Shown in pieces: positions 47,963 through 58,508 of a DNA stretch of 64,000 nt. Source of the stretch: Verrucomicrobiota bacterium. GTDB lineage: Bacteria > Verrucomicrobiota > Verrucomicrobiia > Limisphaerales > AAA164-E04. The notes beneath the pieces were generated by a model. The model was not told the DNA's origin. It made no database searches and was given only the letters and a program-made list of their open reading frames with translations. Numbering within the stretch: the stretch's first letter is position 1; each line of letters begins with the position of its first letter. A program made the translations under genes and the position numbers. Location: contig CP170459.1 of the NCBI GenBank assembly GCA_047947115.1, forward strand, positions 1,472,001 to 1,536,000, read 5' to 3'.

Positions 47963-49534
47963 ATGGCCAAAAAGAAACCCGAAATCGAGATATACGACAC
48001 GACCCTGAGGGATGGAACCCAGGGTGAAGGCATCAATTTTTCCGTAGCCGACAAGATCCGGCTGGCGGAGCGCTTCGACGCATTTGGTATTCACTATATT
48101 GAAGGCGGCTGGCCGGGTTCGAATCCTCGTGATATTGAATTTTTCCAGCAGGCAGCCAAGAAGCGTTGGAAAAACTCCAAAATCGCGGCGTTCGGATCCA
48201 CTCGGCGCAAGAAGATTGCGGTGGAAGAGGACGCCCAGGTCAAGCTGTTGATTGATGCCAAAACACCGGTCGTTACCATTTTCGGAAAGACCTGGCTTCT
48301 TCACGTTCAGAAAGTCCTGCGCACGACGGCTGATGAAAACATTGCGATGATCGCTGATACGGTGGCCTATTTGAAAGCCAACGGCCGCCAGGTGATTTAC
48401 GATGCCGAGCATGCGTTTGACGGATACAAGGACAATGGCAAATACGCCATGGCGACCTGGGTCGCTGCGGCGGAAGCCGGCGCCGATTGCGTGGTGTTAT
48501 GCGACACAAATGGCGGATGTCTGCCTTCGGAGATCCGGCGTATCACGGAAGAAGCCGTTAAAAACGTTCCAACCCGTGTGGGCATTCACACCCACAATGA
48601 CATCGGCGTGGGGGTTGCCAATGCGTTGGAAGCGCTCGAAGTGGGAGCGGTGCAGGTGCAGGGGACGATGAATGGTTTTGGTGAACGTACTGGTAATTGC
48701 AGTCTGACTTCGGTCATTCCCAACGTGGCACTCAAAATGAACAAGACCTGTGTGCCCGCTGCTTCATTGCCCAAATTGTCCGAATTGTCACAGTTCGTGG
48801 ACGAAATCGCCAATCTGCGCCATGACACTCGCATGCCGTGGGTGGGGGCGACGGCTTTTGCTCACAAGGGCGGGATGCATGTCAACGCGGTTCAGAAGGT
48901 GGCCCATAGTTTCGAGCACATCAATCCGGAGGCCATTGGGAATCGTCGCCGCATTTTGATGAGCGATCTGGCGGGTCGCAGCAACATTGTCATGAAAGCC
49001 CAGGAAATGGGTTTTGAAATCGATAATGATACTCCGGAACTTAAACAGATCTTGCAGCGCATTAAGGAACTCGAACACGAGGGTTATGAGTTTGAAGCGG
49101 CCGAAGCTTCCATGGCTTTGTTGATTCAGAAAACGTTGAAACACCAGGCACTGCCTTTCAATGTGGATTCCTATCATGTTTCGATGCGCAAGGAGAATGA
49201 TTTTGCCATCTGCCAGGCCACGATCAAAGTCAGGGTCGGTGATGAGGTGGAACATACAGTGGACGAAGGAGATGGTCCAGTCAACGCACTGGACGGTGCG
49301 ATGCGCAAGGCGTTGCGGAAGTTTTTCCCGCGTCAATTGAAGCAGGTGAGGCTCACCGACTACAAGGTGCGCATTCTTGATTCTTCCGGCGGCACCGCTG
49401 CCAAGACCCGTGTGTTCATCGAATCTTCGGACGGCAAGGAGTCCTGGTCCACGGTGGGCGCCCACGACAACATCATCGAGGCCAGTTTGCGTGCCCTGGT
49501 CGACAGTTTTGAATATCGTTTAATGCGTAAATAG
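47963..49534 (+). CDS. cimA: Citramalate synthase (LeuA family)
   Basis: YDTTLRDGTQGEG, EGGWPGSNP, YDAEH, LCDTNGG, HTHND, GERTGN, AHKGGMH, GDGPVNALD. Confidence 0.9.
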   Translation: MAKKKPEIEIYDTTLRDGTQGEGINFSVADKIRLAERFDAFGIHYIEGGWPGSNPRDIEFFQQAAKKRWKNSKIAAFGSTRRKKIAVEEDAQVKLLIDAKTPVVTIFGKTWLLHVQKVLRTTADENIAMIADTVAYLKANGRQVIYDAEHAFDGYKDNGKYAMATWVAAAEAGADCVVLCDTNGGCLPSEIRRITEEAVKNVPTRVGIHTHNDIGVGVANALEALEVGAVQVQGTMNGFGERTGNCSLTSVIPNVALKMNKTCVPAASLPKLSELSQFVDEIANLRHDTRMPWVGATAFAHKGGMHVNAVQKVAHSFEHINPEAIGNRRRILMSDLAGRSNIVMKAQEMGFEIDNDTPELKQILQRIKELEHEGYEFEAAEASMALLIQKTLKHQALPFNVDSYHVSMRKENDFAICQATIKVRVGDEVEHTVDEGDGPVNALDGAMRKALRKFFPRQLKQVRLTDYKVRILDSSGGTAAKTRVFIESSDGKESWSTVGAHDNIIEASLRALVDSFEYRLMRK

Positions 49535-49545
49535 AAATCCTGAAC

Positions 49546-52233
49546 ATGAGCGAACTTCCCAAGGCGTATCAACCGCAGTCGGTTGAATCGAAGTGGTATC
49601 AATATTGGCTGGACGAAAAGTTTTTTGAAGCGGATCCCGAATCCAGTAAACCCGGCTTTTCCATCGTCATCCCCCCTCCCAATGTGACGGGGATGCTCCA
49701 CATGGGGCATGTGTTGAACAACACGATCCAGGACATCCTGGCCCGCAAGGCGCGCATGGACGGCAAGGAAGTGCTGTGGCTGCCTGGTACGGATCACGCG
49801 GGGATCGCCACTCAGGTCATGGTGGAAAAGGACATCCGCAAGGAAGGTCTGACACGGCATGATCTGGGGCGTGAGAAGTTCCTGGAGAAGGTCTGGGAGT
49901 GGAAGGAAAAGCACGGCGGAATCATCATCAATCAGCTCAAAAAACTGGGTGCCTCCTGTGATTGGTCTCGTGAGCGGTTCACGATGGATGAGGATTATTC
50001 CCGTTGTGTGCAGCGTGTATTCGTCGAGCTTTACAAGCAGGGGCTGATCTATCGCGGCAAGCGCATGGTCAATTGGTGTCCGGCTTCCCTGACGGCTTTG
50101 TCCGACGAAGAGGTGATCATGACGCCTCAAAAGAGTTTTCTCTGGTATTTCAAAGTGCAGGTGGTGGAAGAACCCGGCACCTGGATGACGATTGCCACGA
50201 CGCGTCCGGAGACGATTCCGGGTGACACGGCTGTAGCGGTAAATCCGAAGGATCCGCGGTATGGACACTTGATCGGTAAACATATCATTCGACCGCTGCC
50301 GATCGAGAATCAGGCCCATATCCCGATTGTGGCCGATGAGCACATTGATCTGGAGTTTGGAACCGGTGTGCTCAAAGTCACCCCGGCTCATGACAAAGCT
50401 GACTTCGAAATCGGTCAGCGTCACAACCTGGAAGTCATCGATATTCTGAATCCAAACGGAACGACCAATGACTTGGCTGGTCAGGACCTGGCGGGATTGG
50501 ATCGGTTTGAAGCTCGTGAAAAAGCGGCGGAGTTGTTGCGCGAAATGGGCGTCCTCGAAAAAGAGGAAGCCTATGAAAACAACGTGGGATTCAGTGAACG
50601 CGCCAAGGTGCCGGTCGAACCACGCTTGTCCGAGCAATGGTTTTTGAAATACCCCGAGGTGGAGGCGTCCCATCGTTGCGTCGCCGAGGGGCACATGAAG
50701 TTTTATCCGGAACGTTGGGCCAAGACCTATGATCACTGGATGACGAACATTCAGGATTGGTGTATCAGCCGCCAGCTGTGGTGGGGGCATCAGATCCCGG
50801 TTTGGTATCACAACGAAACCGGAGAGGTGCATTGTGATCTTGAGCCGCCCGCGAATGAGGCGGATTGGACGCGTGATGGCGATGTATTGGATACATGGTT
50901 CAGTTCCTGGTTATGGCCTTTTGCCACGATGGGATGGACTGGCGACAAGGACAAGGACGCCGACAATCCGGCGCTTAAGGCCTTCTATCCGACCACGGAT
51001 CTTGTGACGGGGCCGGACATTATTTTCTTCTGGGTGGCCCGCATGATCATGGCGGGATATGCATTCATGGGTGATTTGCCATTCCGCAATGTGTATTACA
51101 CGGGGATCATCCGGGACAAACAGGGGCGCAAAATGTCCAAGACACTTGGTAATTCACCAGATCCGCTGGAATTGATTGCCAAGTACGGCGCGGATGCCCT
51201 GAGGTTTGGCACGATGCGCAGCGCTCCTTTGGGGCTGGATGTGTTGTTTGACGAGAAGGATGTCGAGTTGGGGCGCAACTTCTGCAACAAACTATGGAAT
51301 GCCTGTCGCTTCCGTCAGATGCAGGGAGGTGAGCAGGAAGGGGAGATTGACCCCATGCGCTTGTGCTCGGATGACAAGTGGATATTGATCCGGCTCAACA
51401 CAGCCATTAGTGAGGTCAACCAGGCTTTCGATCATTATAAATTCAATGAAGCCACGACGGCGCTCTACCGGTTTTTCTGGAATGAGTATTGTGACTGGTA
51501 TATCGAGTCCAGCAAGGCGGCCTTGCAGAGTGATGATGAAGCAGTGCGAGCCAACACGCTGGCGGTGATTGATTTTGTTCTCTCGAACACCTTGCGTTTG
51601 TTCCATCCATTCCTTCCATTTATTACCGAAGAACTTTGGAACGGGATGGGTTTCAACAGTGATCTGCCGGAGAACCGCGGGGGGCAGACGATCAATTTCG
51701 CAACCTGGCCCAAAGCCTTTGACGAGGATTTTGTGGAGCACTATGGGTTGCATCAGTATTTCGCTGACTTCGTGGAGTCCAAGTATGAGCTGGTGAAGAG
51801 TGGTCGCAACCTGCGGGGAGAGTTCAACCTGCCGAGCAATCAGAAGATTCGCTATGTGCTTCAGCCTTCGGAAACTCTTTCGGATTACGAGTTGAACACA
51901 ATCAGGATATTGCTGAACGCCGATCCGTTGGATGTCGAATCCAGTTTCGACGCCCCCAAAGGAACGCCGACTATTCCTTCATCATTGGGAACCTTGTTCC
52001 TGCCATTGGAAGGCTTGATCGATGTGGAGGCCGAAAAAGCGCGTTTGAGCAAGGAGCTTGAGAAAATTGCCAAGGAAGTCGAGAAGGTGGAGAAGAAATT
52101 GGCCAATAAAGGCTTTGTTGACCGTGCACCTGCCGAGGTGGTTGAGGAGCATCGTCAACGCATGGTTGATTGGCAGCACAAGTTGGAGCACACCCGTAAA
52201 AGTCTCGAAGCGCTTGGTGCCGATGACGCTTGA
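49546..52233 (+). CDS. valS: Valine--tRNA ligase
   Basis: PPPNVTGMLHMGH, GTDHAGIATQ, DWCISRQLWWGH, DTWFSS, KMSKTLGN, C-terminal coiled coil. Confidence 0.98.
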   Translation: MSELPKAYQPQSVESKWYQYWLDEKFFEADPESSKPGFSIVIPPPNVTGMLHMGHVLNNTIQDILARKARMDGKEVLWLPGTDHAGIATQVMVEKDIRKEGLTRHDLGREKFLEKVWEWKEKHGGIIINQLKKLGASCDWSRERFTMDEDYSRCVQRVFVELYKQGLIYRGKRMVNWCPASLTALSDEEVIMTPQKSFLWYFKVQVVEEPGTWMTIATTRPETIPGDTAVAVNPKDPRYGHLIGKHIIRPLPIENQAHIPIVADEHIDLEFGTGVLKVTPAHDKADFEIGQRHNLEVIDILNPNGTTNDLAGQDLAGLDRFEAREKAAELLREMGVLEKEEAYENNVGFSERAKVPVEPRLSEQWFLKYPEVEASHRCVAEGHMKFYPERWAKTYDHWMTNIQDWCISRQLWWGHQIPVWYHNETGEVHCDLEPPANEADWTRDGDVLDTWFSSWLWPFATMGWTGDKDKDADNPALKAFYPTTDLVTGPDIIFFWVARMIMAGYAFMGDLPFRNVYYTGIIRDKQGRKMSKTLGNSPDPLELIAKYGADALRFGTMRSAPLGLDVLFDEKDVELGRNFCNKLWNACRFRQMQGGEQEGEIDPMRLCSDDKWILIRLNTAISEVNQAFDHYKFNEATTALYRFFWNEYCDWYIESSKAALQSDDEAVRANTLAVIDFVLSNTLRLFHPFLPFITEELWNGMGFNSDLPENRGGQTINFATWPKAFDEDFVEHYGLHQYFADFVESKYELVKSGRNLRGEFNLPSNQKIRYVLQPSETLSDYELNTIRILLNADPLDVESSFDAPKGTPTIPSSLGTLFLPLEGLIDVEAEKARLSKELEKIAKEVEKVEKKLANKGFVDRAPAEVVEEHRQRMVDWQHKLEHTRKSLEALGADDA

Positions 52234-52433
52234 GCGACGAGCAGTGCTTTCATGTGTCTGGAGCTGACTTGATGGCATTCTCGTTTTCAGCATTATGACC
52301 GCATGGCGGTATCTGAGAGGTGTCCTGGATATCCTCAGGTGTGGGAATGCGATGGTGCCTTGAAAAGAGTGTGTTGTTGCAAATCTACTCCGAATGAGTT
52401 GGTTCTTGCAGGGGCTGTTTGGCGTTGAACATC

Positions 52434-53408
52434 ATGGATTCTCTCTCATCCCAGTTATCGACCTTGATTGTCCTGTTCAGGGATGTTTGTCTGCCTATCG
52501 TCGTGTTGTTTGGCACGGGATGGGCTTTGGACAGGAAGTTCAAGTTTGATATGCCAACCATGGTGAGGTTGAATATTTACCTTTTTGTTCCGGCTTTTAT
52601 CTTCGTCAAAGTCACCGAAGCCCATCTGGACGCCCGCACGGGAATCAAGATTATCCTGTTCACCCTGGTATCCATTGGCTGCATGGGATGCATCAGCAGT
52701 GCAACGGCTCGATGGTTTCGCGATGATTTGCCGACGCGCAAAGCCCTTCAGTTGTCGACCATGTTTTATAACTGTGGGAACTATGGTATTCCGTTGATGA
52801 GTCTGGCTTTCCCGGTGGAGGGTCCCTTGGTTCAGGTTTTTGTTCTGATGACGATGAATATCTCCACGTTCACGTTGGGTTTGTTCATCGCTCATTCATC
52901 CTTGGGAGAGGGGGCAGGACATTGGAAGGAGTCGCTGGGGCCGGTTTTTCGTCAACCTGCGGTCTATGCCATTGCTTTGGCCTGGATTTTTAAGGGCTTG
53001 GATGTGCCGGTTCAGAATGCGGTTTTCCTGTGGCGGCCGCTGGAATATCTCGCTGAGGGATTGGTGGGGGTTGCTTTGATTACGTTGGGAGTTCAGCTTT
53101 CAAAGACCAACGTCAAGGGCTTGCGTGGGCCATTGACGCAATCTCTCGTCATCCGCTTGGTAGGCGGGCCTTGCATCGGTATTCTTTTGACATGGGTGTT
53201 TGGTTTCGAGGGCAGGACCGCCGCCATCCTTATCCTGGGAACGGCTGCACCTTCGGCGGTCAATACCGCTTTGCTCGCGTATGAATTCAAGGCCAACAGT
53301 CAGTTTGCCGCAGCGACGGTTTTTTACACCACGTTGCTCAGCATACTGGTGGTGACGTTTTTGCTCAGTGTGATCACTTTTGGCTGGATTCCCTGGGCTC
53401 GTTATTGA
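52434..53408 (+). CDS. AEC (auxin efflux carrier) family transporter
   Basis: About 10 TM; NCGNYGIP, APSAVN. Confidence 0.85.
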   Translation: MDSLSSQLSTLIVLFRDVCLPIVVLFGTGWALDRKFKFDMPTMVRLNIYLFVPAFIFVKVTEAHLDARTGIKIILFTLVSIGCMGCISSATARWFRDDLPTRKALQLSTMFYNCGNYGIPLMSLAFPVEGPLVQVFVLMTMNISTFTLGLFIAHSSLGEGAGHWKESLGPVFRQPAVYAIALAWIFKGLDVPVQNAVFLWRPLEYLAEGLVGVALITLGVQLSKTNVKGLRGPLTQSLVIRLVGGPCIGILLTWVFGFEGRTAAILILGTAAPSAVNTALLAYEFKANSQFAAATVFYTTLLSILVVTFLLSVITFGWIPWARY

Positions 53409-53530
53409 ATTTCGCACCCTTGCCGGAAATGGTGGAGGGTAATCTTGGGCATGAACCTGTTAAAATCCGCTGGCAATATGATGGTGTCCATATTACGCTT
53501 CTCTTGAAATTGAAACCCGTGAATTGACTT

Positions 53531-53995
53531 ATGGATATTGTATTTAGCTGCCCAGGATGCCATCAGGAGCTCGTTGTGGATGCGCAGGGATCGGGTTCTG
53601 AGATTGAGTGTCCTTCATGTGAAACATCGATCACCGTGCCTGAGGCTGATGCGGCCAATGTGAAGCTGCATGGAGCATCCAATGCGGCCAACAAGGTGGA
53701 TAAACAGTTTGTGGTTCCGACCTACGACCAGCCCGCGGAAAGCCTGATCACCAAGGCCCGTCCTCCACTCGAGAAGCAGAAGGATGGTGAAAAAATCTTA
53801 CGCATCAAAACCATTCGTCATACGGACTGCAAAGAGGTTGGTCATGATGCCTTTGACGAGCGAGTGACAGAAATTTTAAACCAGATCGGGGAGTCCAATA
53901 TCGTCAGCATCAATACCATATCCTACTCTTATGTGGATTTGAGTACCAAGCAATTGCTGGCCGACTTTGGGGTGGTCATTATTTATAAGGGGTAA
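53531..53995 (+). CDS. Zinc-ribbon domain hypothetical protein
   Basis: FSCPGCHQEL...IECPSC. Confidence 0.8.
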   Translation: MDIVFSCPGCHQELVVDAQGSGSEIECPSCETSITVPEADAANVKLHGASNAANKVDKQFVVPTYDQPAESLITKARPPLEKQKDGEKILRIKTIRHTDCKEVGHDAFDERVTEILNQIGESNIVSINTISYSYVDLSTKQLLADFGVVIIYKG

Positions 53996-54035
53996 CTTGT
54001 GAGCTGCAGGACGGCTCGGAATGGAGTTTTCAACA

Positions 54036-54067
54036 CAAAAAGCCCTCCCGTTCGGGAGGGCTTTTTG
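54036..54067. terminator. Bidirectional intrinsic terminator between convergent genes
   Basis: CAAAAAGCCCTCCCG-TT-CGGGAGGGCTTTTTG. Confidence 0.9.
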
Positions 54068-54092
54068 ATGTTCAAATAAGTTTTGCGTTGTT

Positions 54093-54356
54093 TCAGCTCA
54101 ACCCGTTGGCCAGCTTGGTCAGGCGGGACTTTTTGTTATTGGCCTTGTTCCGATGAAGCACGCCTTTTTTGGCTGCCTTATCGTAGGCTGAGGCAACAGT
54201 CCGAAGCGCGGTGGTGGCTTCTTCCTTTTTGCCTTCTTTCACGAGCTCCTTGAAATTGCGTTCCAAGGTGCCGATGCGTGATTTGATCGCACGGTTAACT
54301 TTTTGTTTACGTTCCGTGTTGCGTGTTCTTTTGATTGCGGATTTTGTATTTGGCAT
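54093..54356 (-). CDS. rpsT: 30S ribosomal protein S20
   Basis: MPNTKSAIKR...N...KS...DKAAKKGVLHRNKA..KKSRL. Confidence 0.97.
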   Translation of the reverse strand: MPNTKSAIKRTRNTERKQKVNRAIKSRIGTLERNFKELVKEGKKEEATTALRTVASAYDKAAKKGVLHRNKANNKKSRLTKLANGLS

Positions 54357-54397
54357 ACCTGATACTGATTAAGACTGATGCATCAATAGAGTCGGCA

Positions 54398-54425
54398 AAT
54401 CTAAGGATCTGGGACCGTTTGTCAA
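54398..54425 (-). promoter_or_regulatory. Putative sigma70-type promoter of rpsT
   Basis: Minus strand TTGACA-N16-TAGATT, about 40 nt upstream of the ATG. Confidence 0.55.
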
Positions 54426-54543
54426 TGGTTCTGTTTAAAATAATTGAATGAAAGTCATTTTTCCTTCGTTTTAGATGGATCATTTCTTGCAAGGAAACCG
54501 TTTGTAGGAACATGATGAACCCACGCTCAACTCTCGGGAAGCC

Positions 54544-55542
54544 ATGATTCGATCGTTCGCATTCACAACGCAGGGAAAGCTCCATAGTCGGGATATGGAG
54601 GCATTCTTGATGCCTACCTTGCTGGGCGACACTAACTTGTTCTTATGGGTGGATATCGAAGCTCCCACCAAAGAGGAGCTCAAGGTGGTGCTCGAAGAAA
54701 TTTTTCATTTCCACCCTCTGTCGATCGAAGATTGTGTTTCCGATCTGGGAGCTCCCAAGGTGGAGGAGTATGTTCCCAAAGACGAGGATCAGTTCGCTCC
54801 TTATTTGTTCATGGTGATGCATGGTGTGGATTACAGTAAGGAGGACGGTGTTTTCGCAACCAGTGAGTTGAATTTTTTCCTGGGCAAAAATTTCCTCGTG
54901 ACGTGTCATGTGAAACCTGTAAGGAGTATTCAATACACAGAAGATCAGTGCCTTAGGAGAAAGAAGCAAGTCGCCAGAGCACCTGATCGGGTGGCACATA
55001 CCCTTCTGGATAATCTGGTGGATAATTACAAACCGGCTCTTCAGGAACTGGCTTTTGAGATTGGTGAGATTGAGGAGCAGGTGTTGGATCAGGCCACTCC
55101 CGAGGTGTTGAACAAGATTACATCCATCAAAAAGGAAGTGCAGCATCTTCGTAGAATCATCGGCCCCCAGCGTGAGGTCCTTTCGCGTTTTGCTCGTGGC
55201 GATTTCAAGTTGATCCGGCCGAAGTTGATCCCTTATTACCGTGATGTTTACGACGATCTTTTCCGAATTCACGAGTTGGCCCAGAACTACACCGATTCAT
55301 TGACCGCCATTCTGCAGTTGTACCTCAATATGTCGTCCAATCAGACCGGTGAAGTCGTCAAATTGCTGACCATGATTACGCTGATCACGACTCCGATGAT
55401 GATGATTGGCACCTGGTACGGGATGAATTTTTCATCAATGCCTGAACTGACAGCTTCAAGCGGGTATTTGGTGGCTGCGACAGTCATGTTGTTTTCGACC
55501 GCGGGGACTTATTTGTATTTCAAGCGGAAGAAGTGGTTGTGA
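54544..55542 (+). CDS. corA: Magnesium/cobalt transporter CorA
   Basis: LWVDI, FHPLSIED, PKVEEY, two C-terminal TMs with YGMNF. Confidence 0.93.
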   Translation: MIRSFAFTTQGKLHSRDMEAFLMPTLLGDTNLFLWVDIEAPTKEELKVVLEEIFHFHPLSIEDCVSDLGAPKVEEYVPKDEDQFAPYLFMVMHGVDYSKEDGVFATSELNFFLGKNFLVTCHVKPVRSIQYTEDQCLRRKKQVARAPDRVAHTLLDNLVDNYKPALQELAFEIGEIEEQVLDQATPEVLNKITSIKKEVQHLRRIIGPQREVLSRFARGDFKLIRPKLIPYYRDVYDDLFRIHELAQNYTDSLTAILQLYLNMSSNQTGEVVKLLTMITLITTPMMMIGTWYGMNFSSMPELTASSGYLVAATVMLFSTAGTYLYFKRKKWL

Positions 55543-55575
55543 ATCGATGGATTTTGTTTGCGGATAGGTTGAACG

Positions 55576-56844
55576 ATGGCTGGTTTTAAATCAAATTTTC
55601 TGGATAAAGTGCTGGGGCGCATTGATCGGTTGGATGCGGAAGGTTTGCAATCGGTCGTCGAGCGCATGAATGAGCAGCGTCAGTTGTTCGACACTGTGTT
55701 TAATGTCATTGAAGACAGCATACTGGTGGTGAGTCCGGGCGGGAAACTGGTTTATTGCAACCAGGCGACTTTCGAGTTGTTGGGGCAATCCTGGGAGAAA
55801 ATGGAAAACAAGTCCGTGACACGGTTGATTCCGGATTTGGACTGGGAGGGATTGGTTCAGTCCATGAGTGAAGACGAATCCTCGCGCATGGTTCGTTTGG
55901 AATTTGATATACGATATCCGAAACCGCGGTTTTTGCGCCTTTTTGCCTCCATTATCGAGCGCCAAAGTTCTCGGCAGGCAGGGTATGTGTTGGTGTTGCA
56001 TGATGTGACCGAAACACGCCAAAAAACAGTGGAAGCAATTGAAAGTGAACGTGTTCATACCTTGACACTCCTTGCCGCAAGTGTGGCGCATGAAATAGGA
56101 AATCCATTGAATGCGTTGCATATACACCTTCAGTTGATCGCGCGTGAAACTTCAAAATTGCGACAAGCCGTTGAGCAGCAATCGGTCAAAAAAAAGCGAG
56201 GCCGAGGTCGTCCACGACTGGATGTGGCGGATGAAATGAATGCGATTGATTTGAACAAGGGATTCAATCGCTTGGAGGAGTTCATTGATATTTCAAAAGG
56301 GGAAATCAATCGCCTTGAGTACATCATCACTCAATTTTTGCAGGCGATACGTCCGACAGCTCCCGATCGCAAGCCCGATCAGTTGAACAGTGTCATTCTG
56401 GAAACGGTTGATCTGATGCGACCGGAGTTGGAAAACCGCAACATAGAATTGATCAAGGAGCTTGATCGGGATTTGCCAAACACGCCCTTTGACAGGTCGC
56501 AAATCAAGCAGGTGTTGGTCAACTTGATCAAGAACGCCATGCAGGCGATGAGTAAATCAGGTGTTCTGACGATTCGTACAGCGGGCGAGGCGGATGGTGT
56601 GTGGATGAGCATCGAGGATGTGGGGGCCGGTATTCCGAGTGAGCGGATCAGTCGGATTTTTGAGCCTTACTTTACGACCAAGAAGAAGGGGACCGGACTG
56701 GGGTTGATGATTGTTCATCGTATTGTGCGTGACCACGGAGGGCGAATTATGGTGGAACCCAACCAGCCCAAGGGAACCGTTTTCAGGGTATGGTTGCCTT
56801 TGTTTGACAAGCAGAAACGACTTTTGGGGAGTGGAGACATTTAA
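55576..56844 (+). CDS. Cytoplasmic PAS histidine kinase (NtrB-like)
   Basis: AASVAHEIGNPLN, NLIKNAMQA, D.GAGI, FEPYFTTK..GTGLGL; no TM segment. Confidence 0.92.
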   Translation: MAGFKSNFLDKVLGRIDRLDAEGLQSVVERMNEQRQLFDTVFNVIEDSILVVSPGGKLVYCNQATFELLGQSWEKMENKSVTRLIPDLDWEGLVQSMSEDESSRMVRLEFDIRYPKPRFLRLFASIIERQSSRQAGYVLVLHDVTETRQKTVEAIESERVHTLTLLAASVAHEIGNPLNALHIHLQLIARETSKLRQAVEQQSVKKKRGRGRPRLDVADEMNAIDLNKGFNRLEEFIDISKGEINRLEYIITQFLQAIRPTAPDRKPDQLNSVILETVDLMRPELENRNIELIKELDRDLPNTPFDRSQIKQVLVNLIKNAMQAMSKSGVLTIRTAGEADGVWMSIEDVGAGIPSERISRIFEPYFTTKKKGTGLGLMIVHRIVRDHGGRIMVEPNQPKGTVFRVWLPLFDKQKRLLGSGDI

Positions 56845-57083
56845 AGTTGGGCATGCTGGCTGGCTCCTTGCTAAAGTTGAGCCGCCTTCAGTGGCATAGG
56901 AGGATGAATTGCAAGCGGCCAAGACCGCATTTTTTACGTGTTATTTTGAGCGGAATACACATTTGATATTGTCAGAGGGGACGTAACTGTGGAAGTTGCT
57001 CGTGACATTGGACCTGTTTCCACATTTGTCTCAGCGAGCGAGTGAGGCCCCGGGACCCGGTAATCCGTTCATTTCAGGGAAAG

Positions 57084-58496
57084 ATGAAACCATTATTGTT
57101 GATTGTAGATGATGAAAAGACACAGCGTGAAGGTTTGCGTGCTGTCTTGGAAGATCATTACGATATCTACATTGCGGACAATGCCGCGGCTGCGATTGAA
57201 TTGCTCGAAAGTGAACCTTTCGACATTCTTCTTACCGATTTTCGGATGCCTGGCGAAGATGGGCTGAAGTTGATCAAGCGGGCCAAGAGCCTTTCACATC
57301 CTCCCATCTGCATTCTAATGACGGCTTTTGGTTCCGAGGAAACAGCCGTTCAAGCCATCAAGGAGGGGGCTGATGATTATATTCCCAAAGGTGGCATGTT
57401 GATAGAGGATCTTGAAAAGAAGATCCAGAGAGCTTTGAAGTTGCGCAGTCTGGAGGAAGAGAACACCGCGCTTAAGAAGCAGCTGGGCCATCAATTCAAG
57501 ACCAATAACATTGTGGGAGAATCTCCTGTCATGCGCTATGTGTTTGATACTGTGGATCAAGTGGCTCCCACCAATGCCACAGTTTTGATTTTGGGAGAAA
57601 GTGGGACGGGTAAGGAATTGATTGCCAAGGCAATCCATCAAATGAGCCACCGATCCCATCATCCAATGGTGACGGTGCATTGTGCGGGCTTGTCACCGAC
57701 CTTGCTTGAGAGCGAGTTGTTCGGGCATGAGAAGGGTGCATTTACCGGGGCTCATGAAAGAAGGATAGGCAGGTTTGAAAAAGCTGATGGAGGGACTTTG
57801 TTCCTGGATGAAATTGGTGAAATCGACACCTCCACTCAAATCAAACTGTTGCGCATACTTGGCGAGCGTTCTTTTGAACGCGTTGGATCCACTAAAACCA
57901 TCAATGTGGACGTCAGGTTGTTGGCCGCCACCAACAAGGATCTGCCCAAACTCATGCAAGAAGGCAAATTCAGGGAAGATCTGTATTATCGGTTGAGGGT
58001 GGTTGAGATTCGATTGCCGGCTCTGCGTGAGCGTCCGACCGATATCCCTGCTCTGGCCATGACCTTTCTGAAAGAATTTGCCAGTCAAAACCGGAAGAAG
58101 GTCAATGATTTTTCAAAAGAAGCCTTGGATTGCATCGTACGTCATTCCTGGCCGGGAAATGTTCGGGAATTGAGGGCTGCGATTGAGCACGCTCTGGTTT
58201 TTGCCAAAGGGAGGCGAGTTGAGTTGGCTGATTTGCCGGGTTCCATGCGCATGCCTCCGCCTTCTGGTGCGGCAGTCTTGGTGTCGCCGGAGATGCCGGG
58301 TTCTGTTCACGTTGGTCCTGCGGTCTTGGGGCATGGGGCCGGATCTCATGCGAATTTATCCGTTGAAGAAAACGAAAAACAATTGATGATGGAAGCCTTG
58401 AAGCAAACCAGGGGGAATCGGACAGAGGCTGCGAAGCTACTCGGGATGAGTCGCCGGACCTTGCACCGAAAGTTAACCAAATTTCAGATTCATTAA
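57084..58496 (+). CDS. Sigma54-dependent response regulator (NtrC/AtoC family)
   Basis: REC (IVDDE, TDFRMPG), GESGTGKE, ESELFGHEKGAFTGA, LFLDEIG, WPGNVREL, Fis-type HTH. Confidence 0.95.
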   Translation: MKPLLLIVDDEKTQREGLRAVLEDHYDIYIADNAAAAIELLESEPFDILLTDFRMPGEDGLKLIKRAKSLSHPPICILMTAFGSEETAVQAIKEGADDYIPKGGMLIEDLEKKIQRALKLRSLEEENTALKKQLGHQFKTNNIVGESPVMRYVFDTVDQVAPTNATVLILGESGTGKELIAKAIHQMSHRSHHPMVTVHCAGLSPTLLESELFGHEKGAFTGAHERRIGRFEKADGGTLFLDEIGEIDTSTQIKLLRILGERSFERVGSTKTINVDVRLLAATNKDLPKLMQEGKFREDLYYRLRVVEIRLPALRERPTDIPALAMTFLKEFASQNRKKVNDFSKEALDCIVRHSWPGNVRELRAAIEHALVFAKGRRVELADLPGSMRMPPPSGAAVLVSPEMPGSVHVGPAVLGHGAGSHANLSVEENEKQLMMEALKQTRGNRTEAAKLLGMSRRTLHRKLTKFQIH

Positions 58497-58508
58497 ATCA
58501 ACATTCAC

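Noticed and set aside
49360..50832. 490-aa minus-strand ORF
   Set aside because: Antisense shadow of valS/cimA.
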